Source: Batkoa obscura (taxonomy: Eukaryota). From it: a DNA stretch of 64,000 nucleotides. Of this stretch, positions 40,601 to 55,214 are shown piece by piece; the first letter of the stretch is position 1, and every line of letters begins with the position of its first letter. Location: the NCBI GenBank assembly GCA_030770535.1, contig JASVEC010000003.1, positions 1,178,001 through 1,242,000 of the forward strand, read 5' to 3'. The position numbers and the translations under genes are program-made. The notes beneath the pieces were generated by a model. It saw only the letters and a program-made list of their open reading frames with translations, did no database searches and was not told the DNA's origin.

Positions 40601-43600
40601 ATAATGACTTTATGCAACAGATAAATAGATTATATTTTGTTAATAGTTTATTTTATTATCAGCAATGATGGGCTTATCTTGAATAAATATTAAACGTAGT
40701 AGCTCAATTATAACGAAAAATAGTTTATATAACTGCTTAGTTGTAAGTGAATTTTTATTATAATAAATCCAAGTCATTAAATAAAAACTTAGTTTTTGTA
40801 AAAACTACGTTTAAAAATATACATAAAATTTCTATTTAATACAATACCAAGTAAAAATAGATGTATAAGCTATGAAAACTTTTAGACTATTATTTTGATT
40901 TATATCTAACTTCAATTATTAAAGCTTATGATTATTAACAAAAAATACTATATATTTCTATCATTTATATTAAATAGCCTAAATTAATTCAAATATACTA
41001 TGATTAAATACTTCATTTTAAAAATAATTAATAATAAAAACAATAAAATATTCAAAGCTTGGATTTTAATATTCCATTTATTTTTTCAATTAAACTATAA
41101 AATTATAATATAAATCTAAGATTAAAATTACTAATATTGAATCAATTTATTGATTCAAATAACTTTTGTACTATGTTTTTGGATATGTGTATGTATATAT
41201 ATATTCACTTTTAATAAATAAATAAAAATGATAAATGATAAATGTAAATGATATAATAAAAGTACACGACATGTTAATGATTTAATGTTACAATACAATT
41301 AATCAAATATAAGGTTCAATTTGTATTAATATAGCTAAAACCTCTTAGAATAATGTAAAATCAATAATTAGAAAAGTGATTTTTTTCAAAAACCTTAGAA
41401 GTGTCATGCGGCACAACTGATAATAATATTAAGGTTCTAAATATTGAAATAAAATTACTATTTTTGACTTATTTTTTAATCTTACATTATTATAAAAAAG
41501 CCGAAATTATTAGTGTAAATAAACGTATGGTAAAAGGGCTAGTATTTTTTATTAGCCTAATTTCAGACACATAATATAGTTGAGTAAAATTTATATTGCA
41601 TTCTTATAATATGTTGATACTTTTGATAACAATAATTCTTATTTGATAATAAAATAGTTATCAGATAATAAAATAAATGCTTATATTAGTATATTAATAT
41701 ATTGTGAAAGGTTCATTAATAAGTGAAATTTGCAATTACAAAATTGGAAATTTACATGATCAAAGTTTGGATTTATATAGATGAAAATTCTAAGCTTTCA
41801 ATGGCGTTATATTAAAATTTTTAATTTAACTATTCAATTACCCTCGCTTTTTTAGTAGAATAATAATTAATAGAAGACCAAAATCAAGTTGAATTCTGCT
41901 TAATTGAAGATGATTTCACGAAAACTCATATATTTTTTTATTAAATAATTAAATTTATAAATTTAGTCATATTGAGTAGGTTTCAATAATTGCAAAATGT
42001 TGAACTTGGAAATTCGTATTCAAAGCGAATTTCTATATTTATATTGTTTATAGAAATAATAACGCAACTAAGAATAAAATTGAAAATTTAAGCTCATTCA
42101 TTTTAGAAAAATACTTGAATTAGCTTTTACTAATACTTGAAAATGCTAGTACGTGTTACAGGTCTTATATATCTAATTCCTGCAAATAAACTCCCTTACT
42201 AATTCTAAAGATTAAGTTACCTAGAATATACATTTTCTTTTCTTCTTTTATGCGATGAGCCTAATTGAAACTTTTTAGTATCACATAGAAACTTTTTAAT
42301 AATATTTCAATTTTATAAACTATCGCTCCTTCCTATTTTTATTAAATTCCAATAGTGCTTCTGAGATTAAATTATGGCTTAGGAATATTATACTGGTTTT
42401 TTTAGAACAAATAAATTCAAAAACTTTATGAATTATAGTAGATATCTTGTACATGCTTACTGCCTTATATCAAAATTTTTGTTATTAACTTGAGTTATGA
42501 TTTTATTTTTTATTTTTTTTACAATAAAAACTGCAATTAGCTTTAAATAGTTCAAACCTTGGTAATTGGAAATTTAAACGGAGTTCGGAGAAAATGTTAG
42601 CTTTTTACTATTTTTATAAAGGATAGTAATAGGTGGAAAATACACCTTAATTAATAAAGTGTAAAAAAGGTTAAAGTCATTATTATTATATTCTCGCTCT
42701 TTCGAGTTTCAAACTAGCTCTATAGGCATATTTATGTAAGTTAAAAAATGCTACATAAAAGAAATAGAAAAATACATTGATATTAAATAGGATTAATATA
42801 AGGTTTCTAAACATTATTATATTTAAGTATAATAAATAGTTGTATTAATCAGCTTGATTTTTATGAAAATTATTAATTCTACCAAAGGCGGGTTATTGTT
42901 ACTAATATCCTAAACTCCATATTAAAAACAAATGTTTTTACAAAATGTATTTTTTGAACGTTTGCATTATCCAACTTTTTTAACAGTAATAGGTCTTGAG
43001 ATTTTCCTCTATTCTCATAAAGGTACCAAAAACTCAAATAAAATATCAATTTATTTTACATCAGTGGCATAATCGACATAAAAAAGCGTAAGTTATAAAA
43101 ATTTCATCTTAAGCTGCTACTAGTTATTTGCTTTATTTTTAGAGCTGGTGTTTAATTTAACTGTTTTTGTAACATACTAAATTTGTTGATACTTACAGTT
43201 ATTAAAGCTCAATTGTATAGTAGCTAACTGCTTATTAAAGAATAAACTTTTAGATATAAGTTTTATTAAAGCTTAAAGATTAAATTTCAAAAAAATAAGC
43301 AAATAAATAGTAACCGAAGAAATTTTATGAGAAATTGCATAATTGAATCTTAAAAGATATATTCTTAATCAAATTTTAAATCTCATAATGTAAATCTAGA
43401 CAAAGTTTTTTTAACAATGGTTTTATTGTTAAAATGTATTAATTCGCTATGTATAACTACAAAATGATATTTGAACTAACTCAATTTAGTTTATTTCTCC
43501 TAACAAGATAAGTACTATTAATAATAAGCTACGGTACAAAATCTAGAATTAATCTAGATAGCGAGCGTAGACTTTCAATCCAAATATTATAAAAAAATAT

Positions 43601-44858
43601 AAAAGAACTTTTATAATAAATTAACTCTGATTTACTTTTATAGTTACTTTTTAATGTTGTTTTACTTGCACTTTCTATTTTTATTCTTTTAACATTATTT
43701 ATTTCCCCGCATACTAACTATTTAGTCAATTGCTATTTAGCCTAAATACTAAATCTTTGATTATGTCTAGACTTTTACTATATGCTGATCACTATATTAA
43801 TACTTTGAGAGCTTTATTAACAAATAGTCTCGACCCTTGGCTTTTAGGCTAATATCAAATTAATAGTCTTTAAATACTATTTTTCTGATTAAAAACTAGG
43901 TTTTATTATTCGGTCTAGATGTTATTTTCTTATTAAATCTATTGATCTATTAGACATCAATATTTATTCATACTTTGGTTTATTAACAATAGTAACTTAG
44001 TATTATATGTACTTAAAAAATATTCTAATAAACTATATCTTAGCAATTTAATTAAAAAATGAACAAATAACACTAGTACTCAGCTTATGGCGTAGTATTA
44101 ATTAATAATCTAATAGTTTACAGTTTTCTTTACTGTATATTATTTGGTTTATAAAATTAAAGTTATCCAAATGATAACTTGAGAGTAAGTTCATTAATAA
44201 GTTATAATTTGCATAAATTCCGACTTTCTGTCAGATTTATCTTGTTGTTATGATTTATATTATCCTACATTCATACAATTATTAATTAGTTAATATTTAA
44301 TATACAACTTTTGAGTTGGTTTTGTCTGATTTTTGAACTTTTGTACTCGGAATTCCCTTTCTTTGTTTTACAATTGAGTCACTTTAGATGTTGATATCAA
44401 ATAGCAATTTAATAAATAGAATTCTATGTTTGATAATATTTTTAAAACTTACAAATTTTGTTACTTTAGTTCCATTTTAAATGCTATAATACATACCTTA
44501 CAATAGGAAAATATAAATTATTTCACTCTTAATCTATTCCCTTAAGTTGATTTTAAGGAGTTTGTAGAACAAATTCCTACTTTTAGAGTCTTTGATTTAT
44601 AATGATTTTTCTTGGAAAAAAAATTAAATTAAATTAAATTAAATTTGTGTTTAACATGTTTTAAGAAAATGAGGGATAGAAGAATGAATGTTATTTTAAT
44701 CTTACATTTAAGTTAGTCATCTAGGTATTTGAATTAAACTTAAACAATGAAATAATAACACAAAAGTATAAAATTTGACTTACAGGAAAGTTACATTTAT
44801 TTAATAGATAACAAGAGATAAATAAAGAATATGAACAAGAATGATAGGAGAGAAGGGA

Positions 44859-45680
44859 TTAGTTGAAGGTTAGATTCATAAGGGATAAACCTAATTCTCG
44901 ATTCATCATAAGATCCAACTCTCTTTCATTATTAAAGAAGGAATTCATTATACAGGTCAAATTCTCTAACTCTTTAGCTATAATATCAGTAGAGTATAAG
45001 TTAATATACTCCTCTTGAAGATGAGGTAAATTTTTGGTGGTGACAATAAACAAACAGTTTAACAAAAATTTAAAGGAGGTGGTATACATTGGGCTAGTTA
45101 AAAACATAATGAATCGGTTATAATCAATTAAAAGATTTTGATCATGTAAGAAATAAAAATAGTTTAAAACAATATTCACTTGAGATGGAGTTAAGCAAAC
45201 AATAGTACCATTGTTATACAATCTTTGAATATAATTCGAGATTTCTTTTCCATCACCATTTAATAATGGAGTTATCATTTCACTGCTTGGGGTAACTGAA
45301 CTTGATAACCCTGAGCCGAGATCGACCTGGAAACTACTTGGAGGAGAAGGCAAACTGAGGTGCAAATATTGCGATTTATTTTGCTCTACTTTAAATTGTT
45401 GTTCACCAATATTAATCAAGGAAGGTTTTTTTGGTTTAGGACCACGTTTGAAAGAGGGGGCTTCATAGGTACAAAGTTTATTACGAGAATTACAAAGCTG
45501 GCAAGCATTTCCTTCCGCAAGACAACGGGTCTTTCTCTTCCTACATTCATCGCAAGCTCGACTTATTCTTCTTGCAATTGTTCGATAACCAATGTTATTT
45601 GGGTCGTTGGAAACTTTATTCATTTCTTGATCTAAATTGTTTTGAGCTTCGACTTTAAAGCAATAAATTTTTGATTTCAT
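44859..45680 (-). CDS. Zn(II)2Cys6 fungal transcription factor, 273 aa
   Basis: ACDECRKRKTRCLAEGNACQLCNSRNKLCTY followed by KRGPKPK. Confidence 0.9.
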   Translation of the reverse strand: MKSKIYCFKVEAQNNLDQEMNKVSNDPNNIGYRTIARRISRACDECRKRKTRCLAEGNACQLCNSRNKLCTYEAPSFKRGPKPKKPSLINIGEQQFKVEQNKSQYLHLSLPSPPSSFQVDLGSGLSSSVTPSSEMITPLLNGDGKEISNYIQRLYNNGTIVCLTPSQVNIVLNYFYFLHDQNLLIDYNRFIMFLTSPMYTTSFKFLLNCLFIVTTKNLPHLQEEYINLYSTDIIAKELENLTCIMNSFFNNERELDLMMNRELGLSLMNLTFN

Positions 45681-48534
45681 CTTGAAGTAAATTAAAAAGA
45701 TTGTAGAATTTATCGATAATTAATAAAATTTGGGTTTCTTTTATACCAATTTTTTTGGAAACATTATTCAATCTCCATTTGTGTTCGCTTTTTTAAATTG
45801 CTTAATAATTTGAGAACAAATCTTGTTTATAACCTTATTTTGTGAAGTTTACTCAAATTATGAAATAATCAAGAAAAAGCTATTATAATTATAGAAGGTT
45901 ACTTTACATATTTAATTTATACGATTTATTTCTAAAAAGTATACTACATTAATTTTATTATCGGATTCTATTTTTGTACTTTATTTTAAATATTACTTGG
46001 AACATTATCTTTTAGTTCAAATACAAGGTATATTACTCAATTTTAATTACTGCCATTTCTCAAAGTAATAACAGTCAGATAGTTATGTATACAAACAACA
46101 CGATATTATAGTTGATAATGCTCGCACTATTAAAAATATTACCATTTATAACTTAAATTTAAATTCATTTAAAATTAATATATTTTAAATAAAATATAGT
46201 CAACATATAAAAATTATTAATAAAAGCGAAAATAAGTATAAGAAAATTGATTAATTCAACCGACTTATTTGTAAATGTTAAAAAAGATAACTTACATCTT
46301 AGTATTTTTCTTTATATACTCAAAATCTAATAATACGATAGCGTTAATAAGATAAAAAAGTAAACATGATTTTTGTTACATTAAATTGTAATAAATTTGC
46401 CTTTTTTAGACTTTATATGTAACTAAATTTGTAAATTTGCATATTATGTTTTTACCTATATTTGAATAGTATGAATTGTGTGTTAATTAGTTTTAAATTC
46501 TGCAATATTTTTTTAATGAACTTTATAATTTAACTATTAATTAGTAGTATGTATATCTTTTATTTTTTGGAAAATCAATAGCATTTTGATATTTATTTTT
46601 ATTACTTAAGATATAACTAGTGTATATATTCTATAATTGAAATTTATAATGTTAAAGTCTGCTACTATATGCAACTATAAATAGAAATAGATCTTTAAGC
46701 AAATCTTTATTTGAAAAAAGGATAAATACCTCCTTATAACTCATTGATACTATAGCTTAATATGAGTAGTAGCTTAAAGTCTACTATTGAATAGAATGGA
46801 TCAATGAAATAATAAAATGAAATAGGGTAAATTTTAATGAAATTGATGTACTACCGCTTCACTCGCTTTATTAATTTAATTTAATTTAAACCAAGTTTAT
46901 GTTTGAAATTTATTATATTAACAGCACAAATAGAAATTTATTCTTCTTATTTAACCTAAAAAGCAACAGTATTTATCAAGCTGTTCGGGTAAAAGTAGGT
47001 GTTAGTTACTTGCTAAATCTAAAGGTTCTTTTCGCATTACCCTTATTATTTTGAGCAGGTTGGGTTGTTTGTTAAAATAAGATAAAACAATGTCTAAAGT
47101 TGAAAGTCGATTACGGCTAATTACATGAAAAAACAATTTATTATCAATTTTACATTTTTTTAATAAACTCTTTTCTTTAATTTATTAATAACGATGAATT
47201 TTATTGAATAAAATTGCTGTTATGGTGCAGTCACAGGTTACTTTGATAAAGTATAACATTCTCTTTTTACACTAATTAATATCTCTATTATTTACAAAGC
47301 TAAGAAATAACAGATATTTAATGAACTCATTTACTTTGAAAGTCAGGTTTTTGTTTCAATCCCTTTTTACGCATTAAAGGAACAATAGTTTAGAAAATAG
47401 AAAGTTTAATTTCATAAATGTAGTTAGTTTGGTTTAAAGCTATAAAGTCTTGGAATAAAGCTGTCAACTTAAATATATATCCAAAATAAATAAACTATGT
47501 ATTACATCAATCTAAGCTCTCTTTTAGTATACATTTTATTAGATTAATAAAGTTATAACCAATGTTAAAAGAAATATATTAGTAATTGCTTAATAATAAT
47601 ATCTTGGCTGTGTTTCTAGATTACCAAAAATGGTACAATCATCTAATTAGAAAGGAAACGATTAACAAAAAAGAATATTAAAGAGTGTTACAAAAAGCTG
47701 TCATATAATCTTTATATCACTATGTGATAGTTATCACTAATAAAGATATTAAATAACACAAAATTAATATAATACTATTTTGATCAACATATGTATTGCT
47801 TTTTTAACAAGATATGTAAGACAAACAATATGGAAATTGATTTCACAATTCTTAAGTTAAATCATTTGCCATGCCTATTTGACTACTATAATTTAACAAT
47901 TGTCTTTTTTAAAGACCGATTGTGAAATAATAATTTTATTTATACATTTAATAATCAGCAAAATGTCACTTTTTAATCAAGTGCTTGTTATTTAAAATAG
48001 TACGATAACTAAAAGCTGTTATTTTCCAAATATTCTTTTTATCAAAAATAATCAAGAAAACTTTAACTGGGTACTATAGTTTTTACTAAGCTGGCAATTA
48101 GTAAATTTGATTTTTATGGACTCAGCCTTTAAACAAGCTAAAGTTTTTATATGAATTCTAATATAATTTTAAGGTTAATAGCAATATGAAATTTTGTCCC
48201 TAATTACAGTTATGCTGTTATCATCGCCATTGGATAACTTTATTGTTATGCTTATTGTTCTGGTATACATCTCTAATTTTTTCCAACTTTTAAATGTTAA
48301 ATTTTTTTAAATATAAATAAATCATACTTAAAATTTTAAATATTGAATCTTTAAAAATTTTTTAAAGCAAAAAAAATTAATTATTGCTTTCTGATATTCT
48401 ATTCATTAAAATTATGACGATTTTTTATAAAGGATTTTTAATACAATAAATATTATCTATTTCAAAACCTTTAAAAAAATTTAATCAAAAATAACAACTC
48501 AAACTATTAAAAGCATACTAAAAATTGCCGTTTA

Positions 48535-49844
48535 TTATAACTTTATCCAAATTAGGTTTGGAATCTTTTGTGAAGCGTCATAGCGAGATGCCTTTATTTT
48601 AGGTGAAAAATGCGGAACAAATAACAATGGGGCAGAAAGGCTGTAGCTAACGTCTGTACCAATATCCATTAAGGTAAAATCATTAACTCTCAACAGCTTG
48701 AGATTTAAAAAAAGGCACAAGAAGTAAAAGAAGCTTTTAAGTGGAACAGCAAATTTATCCATTTCTATTTTTTTATAGATTTACACTTAATTGGGTCATA
48801 CATTTCTTTATGTAGATCCTTATCGACTGAATTAGACTTACCAAATATTTCATTATAAGAGAAACCTATACTTGAAAAGCAAACAGCTTGAATATTTGGT
48901 AGCAAAGAGACTGAAATCAATAAATCTTTTGTTAAATCTTCAACATAAATCTTTTTTAAAGTCGACAACTTATTTAAAGGATCAATATTAGTCTTAGCGG
49001 TTAGATTATAATAACCTAATCTAACGATATTAGCATCTCCCATTAATTTATCCTATCATAAGTATTTGTATTAAATCGTTCAGAAGTATCCATTAATTTA
49101 ATACTAGTTACTTGCTTTAAATCTCCAAAGCACTCAATAGACTTATCACCAAGCCCCCCTTTAAACACCAATTCTAAATCATTTGAAGTAAAATTGATTT
49201 CAGGGTCAATTCTAGCACTTATAGCTTCTTGACCAAACGTTATATATATTTTCTTTAATTCATGGAAATTTGTTTTAATTGTATTGAGCCCATTAAAGTC
49301 TAAGATTTTGTTAGAATATATTACAAGTGAGCGCAATCTATTTGTATTAAGATATTCAACAATATAAAAAATAGTTGGGTAACTCACAACCATTTCAATT
49401 ACTTCAAGTTGCTCTAAATGGCTTTTGAATATCTCTAATGGATCAATATAACTACTAGAACCAGTAAATATCTTTTTTATTTTTGGTAGTTCAGCATTAG
49501 TTTTGATATCTTTCTCTTTTTTAATAGCTAAATTACTTTTGAAAAGTATTGATGCTACATCTGGACAACAGTTTAAATATTTAAATGTGTCAATATCTAT
49601 ATTTAAATGCTGTGTTAATAATCCATTTTACTTGATAAAGCTATCTTGATCTTTTAAATGGTCCTTTTGTTTTCTATATTCATATTGATTATAAACTGAG
49701 AAGGTTAAGTTGTGTTGGATGGCTTTAATTATAATATCGAATAAATTTTTACTTAAGAAAGCTAGATCAAATAACTTAAACGGATCTAATTCTAAAAATC
49801 CGTTCAAGTAAATTATCTCTAGATTGTTCAATCTTTAATGTCAT
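48535..49844 (-). pseudogene. F-box/LRR-like family pseudogene
   Basis: ELDPFKLFDLAFLSKNL, CFGDLKQV, LPNIQAVCFS, FFYFLCLFLNL and IPNLIWIKL; frameshifts and in-frame stops. Confidence 0.8.
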
Positions 49845-49942
49845 TTAAAAATGAATGAAAAAAAAGGAAAAGAAATCAATTCAGTCAATTATTCATAAAC
49901 TCAAAGCGTTGGCATGTATTGACAAAAATATCACAAGAATAT

Positions 49943-51400
49943 GGGGATGTCCAAATTGGTTTCAGAATTTAATTAAAAATTAATCTAGATTAAGTTTTTA
50001 AATTTGTAAGTTTTTAACATGTAATTAGTTAAATTTAAAAAGCTTATTTTAGTTGTCTTATTTTTTAAATAATTAATTTTTTTTGATTATATGCTTTATA
50101 TTATTTTTATTAAATGTTTAAAATAACTTTATTAAACGCTTAATAAATATATAATATATAAATATATATCTATTTTATTTTTTATTAAAATAAAAACGAA
50201 ATGCAAGCTTTTATAATTAAATAAAATATAAAATTAATGCTTTAAAGAAAACAAAAAATAAAAAACAAAAAATAGCATTATTATTAACTATATTTTTAAT
50301 ATATTTTTTTAATAAATATAAAATTTTTAGATTTAATATGAGTAAAAATCAATATAATTATTTAAAAATAAATAATAATAATAAAATACTAATATTATAA
50401 GCTATTATTAAAAATATAAAAAAAATTAAAAATAAGCAAATTAAAAATATCATATGATATTTATTTAATAACTTAACTGTTTTATTAAAATTCAATATAA
50501 AAAAATAGTGATAAAAAATATTTATTATATAATGTGAAATATTGCTTTATTAGCTCTCGGATTGATTATAACACAACAATCACTTAAGTTGCTGTATTCT
50601 CAAGTTCAAACACAATCAAGTCAGAGTCCCTTATTTTGATTTGCTGCGAGAATTTATAACTTCATATTGCAAACAATATTATCCTCTCGTTTTGATATCC
50701 ATACTTATTGGAGTATAAAAGAGATTCTTCAACATGATAACTCGAGGCTTTTTTTAATTGGATTACTCCCTGATAATGTATCGTTAATAAAGTCACTAAG
50801 TCTTTCTGACAACATCTTATATAGATTTTACGGTAGTATCTTCCATTGTATTTGTTTACAAAATTCGTAGCTTATTACGTACTATTTCTATTAAGTTAAG
50901 TCTATCTTAGTTACATAAACTAAGACCCTTCGACTCAAGGCAAGTTAATTAAGCAAGGACTGCTTTTAACTCCAACCATTGAGTATCAACTTTCACAGCT
51001 ATTTATTAAACTAGTGATATATCAATAATGTAATATAACATTAAAATAATTTATTTATTTATTTAATAGTAAATTTGTAATGTTGGTTATAAAGCAGTTA
51101 ACAATAAATATTTTTCGATGAAATTTTATAAGAATGTGTATTTATTTACATACTACAACTTCAAATAATATCAATACATAAGTTATATTAGTAAAAGCCT
51201 TGCTAATCCGGGAATTTCTATTAAATTTAGTAGAAATCCTGCCAACTTATAATATAAATTATAATAAAATAATTCGAAACTGTGTCAGGCAGGTACTTTT
51301 GGTTTTTAATAAAAGATTTGTTTTTATAAAATTTTAAGCAAAGTTTTTGATATAATTTTTTAAAAAACTGGATAAAATCAAACTAATTTGGGACATCCCC
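49943..51400. mobile_element. 1.46 kb non-autonomous TIR element with the same GGGGATGT termini as the 98 bp MITE
   Basis: Left ggggatgtccaaattggttt and right aaactaatttgggacatcccc; TSD ATAT/ATAT; very AT-rich interior with a nested LTR. Confidence 0.75.
50533..50997 (+). mobile_element. Solo-LTR-like element nested in the TIR element
   Basis: TGTGAAA...TTTCACA; similar to 57982-58443; flanks ATAA/GCTA do not match. Confidence 0.8.
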
Positions 51401-51896
51401 ATATGTTGAAAATGGGATGTTATTGGCTAAATGAATGTCAGCTCATTTTGGTTTAGGAAGAACTAATTAGATACCCTATGGTCAACGTATTTGATGGTTT
51501 CTAACAAACTTTGGGGAGCTGATGACCAAGTGCTTTCTGGTATTTCAGCTTTTAATATAGTAATTGTAAATAGTTAAAACATCACTAATCCTCTATATTG
51601 TAGTATCATTAATAATCTACATTATAATAAAATACTTGCAAATTGATAAATATAAAATACATTTTAAATGCTTTTGAAAAAGAAAATTCCAAACAAAAAA
51701 CCAAAACAATATGCTATACTTTACTTAAAATAAGATACTCGAAGTTAACCACTTAAGAGTTTACTTAGAGATTTTAAAAAGATAATGCTTGGTGCAACCA
51801 CCTTTTAAGACAATAAAATAGTATTTGGTGTTATCACCTTTTAAAATAAAGAAATATTTAGGGTTACTATTTCTCAAGATTAAGAAGTGCTTGCAT

Positions 51897-53588
51897 TTAT
51901 CGCCTTTCAAGATTAAATAAAGATTTATTTAATCTAACCCAATTTAAATTTGGAATTCTTTCAAATTCCTCATATTGAGGTCCAACTGCTTTAGACTCAA
52001 GCTTGTTTACCTTGTGTGGAACAGGTGCAGTTAAATTCAAAGGGGTATCAAGCTGGTAATTAAATCTAGTCACGCCCTTTACTAAATAAAAGTCATCGAT
52101 TACAAATCTCTGAAGCTTTGGGAAAAGGCATAAGAAATAAAGGAGTCTTTCAATTGGAGCATTAAACAGATCCATCTCGATTTTTGTAACGGATCTACAT
52201 TTGAGCGGTTCATACTCTGGCTTATAAGCATTTTTATCAGCTGTATTTTTCTTGCCATAAATTCTCTGATAACTAAATTTCATATTGGTAAAGCGGATGG
52301 TTCGAATGTTTGGTAATTTAGCAATTTCCGTTAATAATGATCTGGTTAATTTTCTGATATGAATTTCGTTTAAAGTACTTAATCTCAAAAAGTCTATATT
52401 AATCTCTTTGTGCAAACCAAACTGTCCTAAACATGTAATCTTGTGACCTTCAGATATTACTGGATATCTTTCGTTATGATTTTCCGACTTAAAGAAGAAA
52501 CCTGAATCATCTAATATGGTCAAACCTCTTAATTGACTCAAGTTGCCAAAACATCTAGCAGTACCATTATCACATCTTCCTCTGATTTTGACTTCTACAT
52601 TATTGGAAGCAAAGCCAAGGTTATTATCAATCATAGTAGAAATTTGCATCTCATTTCTAAATCCTACATCTACCAATTCCAATCTCTTACAGTTTCTTTT
52701 AAAGGTGTCGATTCCATTGATGTATAAAATAGACTTAGAGTATAACTTAAACTCCTTTAATTGACTCGGTCCATCTTTGATATACTTAACAAAATCATTG
52801 ACAAATACAAGATTCCCAGCGATATCAAGTACTTCAAGTTGAGGCAATTTATTGCCAAATAGTTTAAGTATTTGTGGATATTTGAATGATTTTATAGCTA
52901 ATCTTTTCAAATTAGGAAACTCATGCGTTAATTCAAAATCAGCGCTGATATCATCATCCTTATTACTCTTAAAGTAGATAGATTCTACGTTTGGGCATTC
53001 ATTGATAAGGCTGATGAAATCATTGTTAACGTTTAAATATCGCATTGCTTCACCATTAGCTCTGATAAAACTAACTTGATAAAACCTATACTTCTTGAAC
53101 ATACGGAGATTATACAAAGAATATATTGAATTGTTTTTGATAACTTTACGGACAATTGGATACAAATTTTTGTTTAAAAAACATAAATTAAATAATTCGT
53201 TTGGAAGTAAAAGTTTGAATATCCTCTCAAGGAACATTTCTGGCAAAAACTCAAAGCCTATTAAAATTTCCATTTGTGGCAATTCATCTGTAATGTGCAA
53301 TTTACGTAGTGGCCGTGGGTTAGACGCCGCCAATGTACCGGGCTCAACTAGAAAACTAGATACTGCAGGACTAGTGGCCCCAACTTGAATATTAGATATT
53401 TTTGAGCCACTGGATACAGCTGGGAAATTAGACACTGCAGGATTACTGGGTCCAACTGGAAAGCTAGACGGAGCTGACATTTCAGATTGAACTGAAAAAT
53501 TAGATAGTACTGGCATATTATATTCAATTGAACTCCCGGGTTCATCTTTCAAATTAGATCCTTCTTGCATATTGAAGTTGTTTGACAT
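51897..53588 (-). CDS. F-box/LRR-like protein with Pro/Ser-rich N-terminal extension; the only intact family member here
   Basis: Uninterrupted ORF (first ATG at 53588); F-box-like FEFLPEMFLERIFKLLLPNELFNLCFLNKNL; LRR-like units (FPNLKRLAI, LPQLEVLDI, LPNIRTIRF, FPKLQRFVI). Confidence 0.8.
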   Translation of the reverse strand: MSNNFNMQEGSNLKDEPGSSIEYNMPVLSNFSVQSEMSAPSSFPVGPSNPAVSNFPAVSSGSKISNIQVGATSPAVSSFLVEPGTLAASNPRPLRKLHITDELPQMEILIGFEFLPEMFLERIFKLLLPNELFNLCFLNKNLYPIVRKVIKNNSIYSLYNLRMFKKYRFYQVSFIRANGEAMRYLNVNNDFISLINECPNVESIYFKSNKDDDISADFELTHEFPNLKRLAIKSFKYPQILKLFGNKLPQLEVLDIAGNLVFVNDFVKYIKDGPSQLKEFKLYSKSILYINGIDTFKRNCKRLELVDVGFRNEMQISTMIDNNLGFASNNVEVKIRGRCDNGTARCFGNLSQLRGLTILDDSGFFFKSENHNERYPVISEGHKITCLGQFGLHKEINIDFLRLSTLNEIHIRKLTRSLLTEIAKLPNIRTIRFTNMKFSYQRIYGKKNTADKNAYKPEYEPLKCRSVTKIEMDLFNAPIERLLYFLCLFPKLQRFVIDDFYLVKGVTRFNYQLDTPLNLTAPVPHKVNKLESKAVGPQYEEFERIPNLNWVRLNKSLFNLERR

Positions 53589-54734
53589 CTTAAACAAAAT
53601 TAAATAAGAAGGATAAAGCTATTTTGCAATTTTCAAAATTTATGATTCTCAAGCCAAAATCGATGCAAAATTATAAGTAAAAAATCATTTGCTAAGCAAT
53701 CTCAGTGTTTGCAATTAGAAAACTAAAGTAATCATAATTGCTGCTGATAAGCAATAGCTTTATGATTGGTATAGAGATGAAAAAAAGGGGGATGGCTTAT
53801 AAAATTATTATCCCTAATGTTATCTTTATTACCAACCACTCTAATTTTTGGCTTTACTTAAACTTACAACTAACCCGAGTAAATTGTGACTTGGTTAACT
53901 GTTCATTTAAGAGTAAATATTTTGATAATGGTAATCTAATAATAAGAACCAAACTTTATGAAACTTTAAATGAGCTTTAAATTATAAAAATTACCGCTAA
54001 GAATGTCGCAATTCATCCAGATCAGCTGTATGCTATTAAATGTTGGTACTTACATTTTAACAATCAAAATATGTTTACTAGTAACATGATAGCTTTTTAT
54101 GCATTCTATTTTGATTATTATAAAGCTTAAAAAGCCGAAATTAATAATTTATTCTAATTTTATTTACAAAGTTTGACTTTTTTTGTTTATTTTATTTTAT
54201 TTTATTTTATAATAAGTATAACTAATAAAGTTTTTATTGATAGGTAGCTATAATAAATTTTATTTAAATATTAAGATGAAAATAAAAGAACAAAACCTGA
54301 TAAATGGCATTTTATTTGTATAATATTCAATAAAATACTTTTTTTATCTTGGAAAGTTATGTAACCCCAAGTGTTTTTTTTATATAATTAAAATATAAGT
54401 TTTTTTTAGCAAACTTGTTTTTAAAAAAAGATAATGGAGTTCAGTTTACGTCTTCTTAGTTTAGATATTAATAAAAAAAGAGACAAAATATTATAAAAAA
54501 ACTTATTATAAAAGCTAAAATACTTTTTTAAGATTTAATTTTAAAAAGTAATATTGATAGATACAAGTTTTACGAACATAAACAGCTAATAATACCTGAT
54601 TGTAGTTTCATTTAAACTAGATTTAAAAAAATTTCAAGTTTTTCATATCAAGGTTTAACTGCTTTGAAAATAAGCTTAAGTCTTTTAGAGCTATATGGAA
54701 CAGGTGCAATTAAAGTTAAAAAAATAGTAATTCT

Positions 54735-55214
54735 TGTGAAATACCGGTTCATTAGCTCTATGATTGATTATAATATGATAATCAATTCAGAGTTCCTTAT
54801 ATAGATTTGCTGTGAGGATTCCTACCACCTAATCACGAAGAACTTATTGTCCACGTTTTAATGTCCATACTTGGTAACTACAATAAGGAATAACTATTAT
54901 TATGTCTATTATATATAGCCACCCAGTTGGAGTATAAAAGGGATTCTTCAATATGATACTCGATGCTTTTTAATTGAGTTACTCCCTGATATCGTACTAT
55001 CAATAAAGCCACTAAGTCTTTCTGGCAATATCTTAGGTAGATTTTACAGTAGTATTGTCTATTATATTTGTTTTGGATAGTTCGTAGCTTATTACTTATT
55101 ATTCCTATTAATTTAAGTCTATCTTAGTTACATAAGCTAAGACTTTTCGACTTACGGCAATTTAATTAAGCTAAAACTGCTTTTAACTCCTACCACTGAG
55201 TATCAGCTTTCACA
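54735..55214 (+). mobile_element. Solo-LTR-like element
   Basis: TGTGAAA...TTTCACA; sister of 31327-31906; flanks TTCT/ATGT do not match. Confidence 0.8.

Noticed and set aside
40610..44850. Hidden gene or ncRNA in the 4 kb ORF-free interval
   Set aside because: No splice-consistent ORF, tRNA or rRNA motif, or clear repeat was recognised by eye; a covariance-model search would be needed
50667..50870. 67-aa ORF
   Set aside because: It lies inside a solo LTR, has no ATG start and shows no retroelement protein motif
17530..53545. Short antisense or overlapping ORFs (17530, 35178, 37828, 38038, 45360, 52533, 52543, 53095, 53348)
   Set aside because: They are shadow frames of well-supported genes
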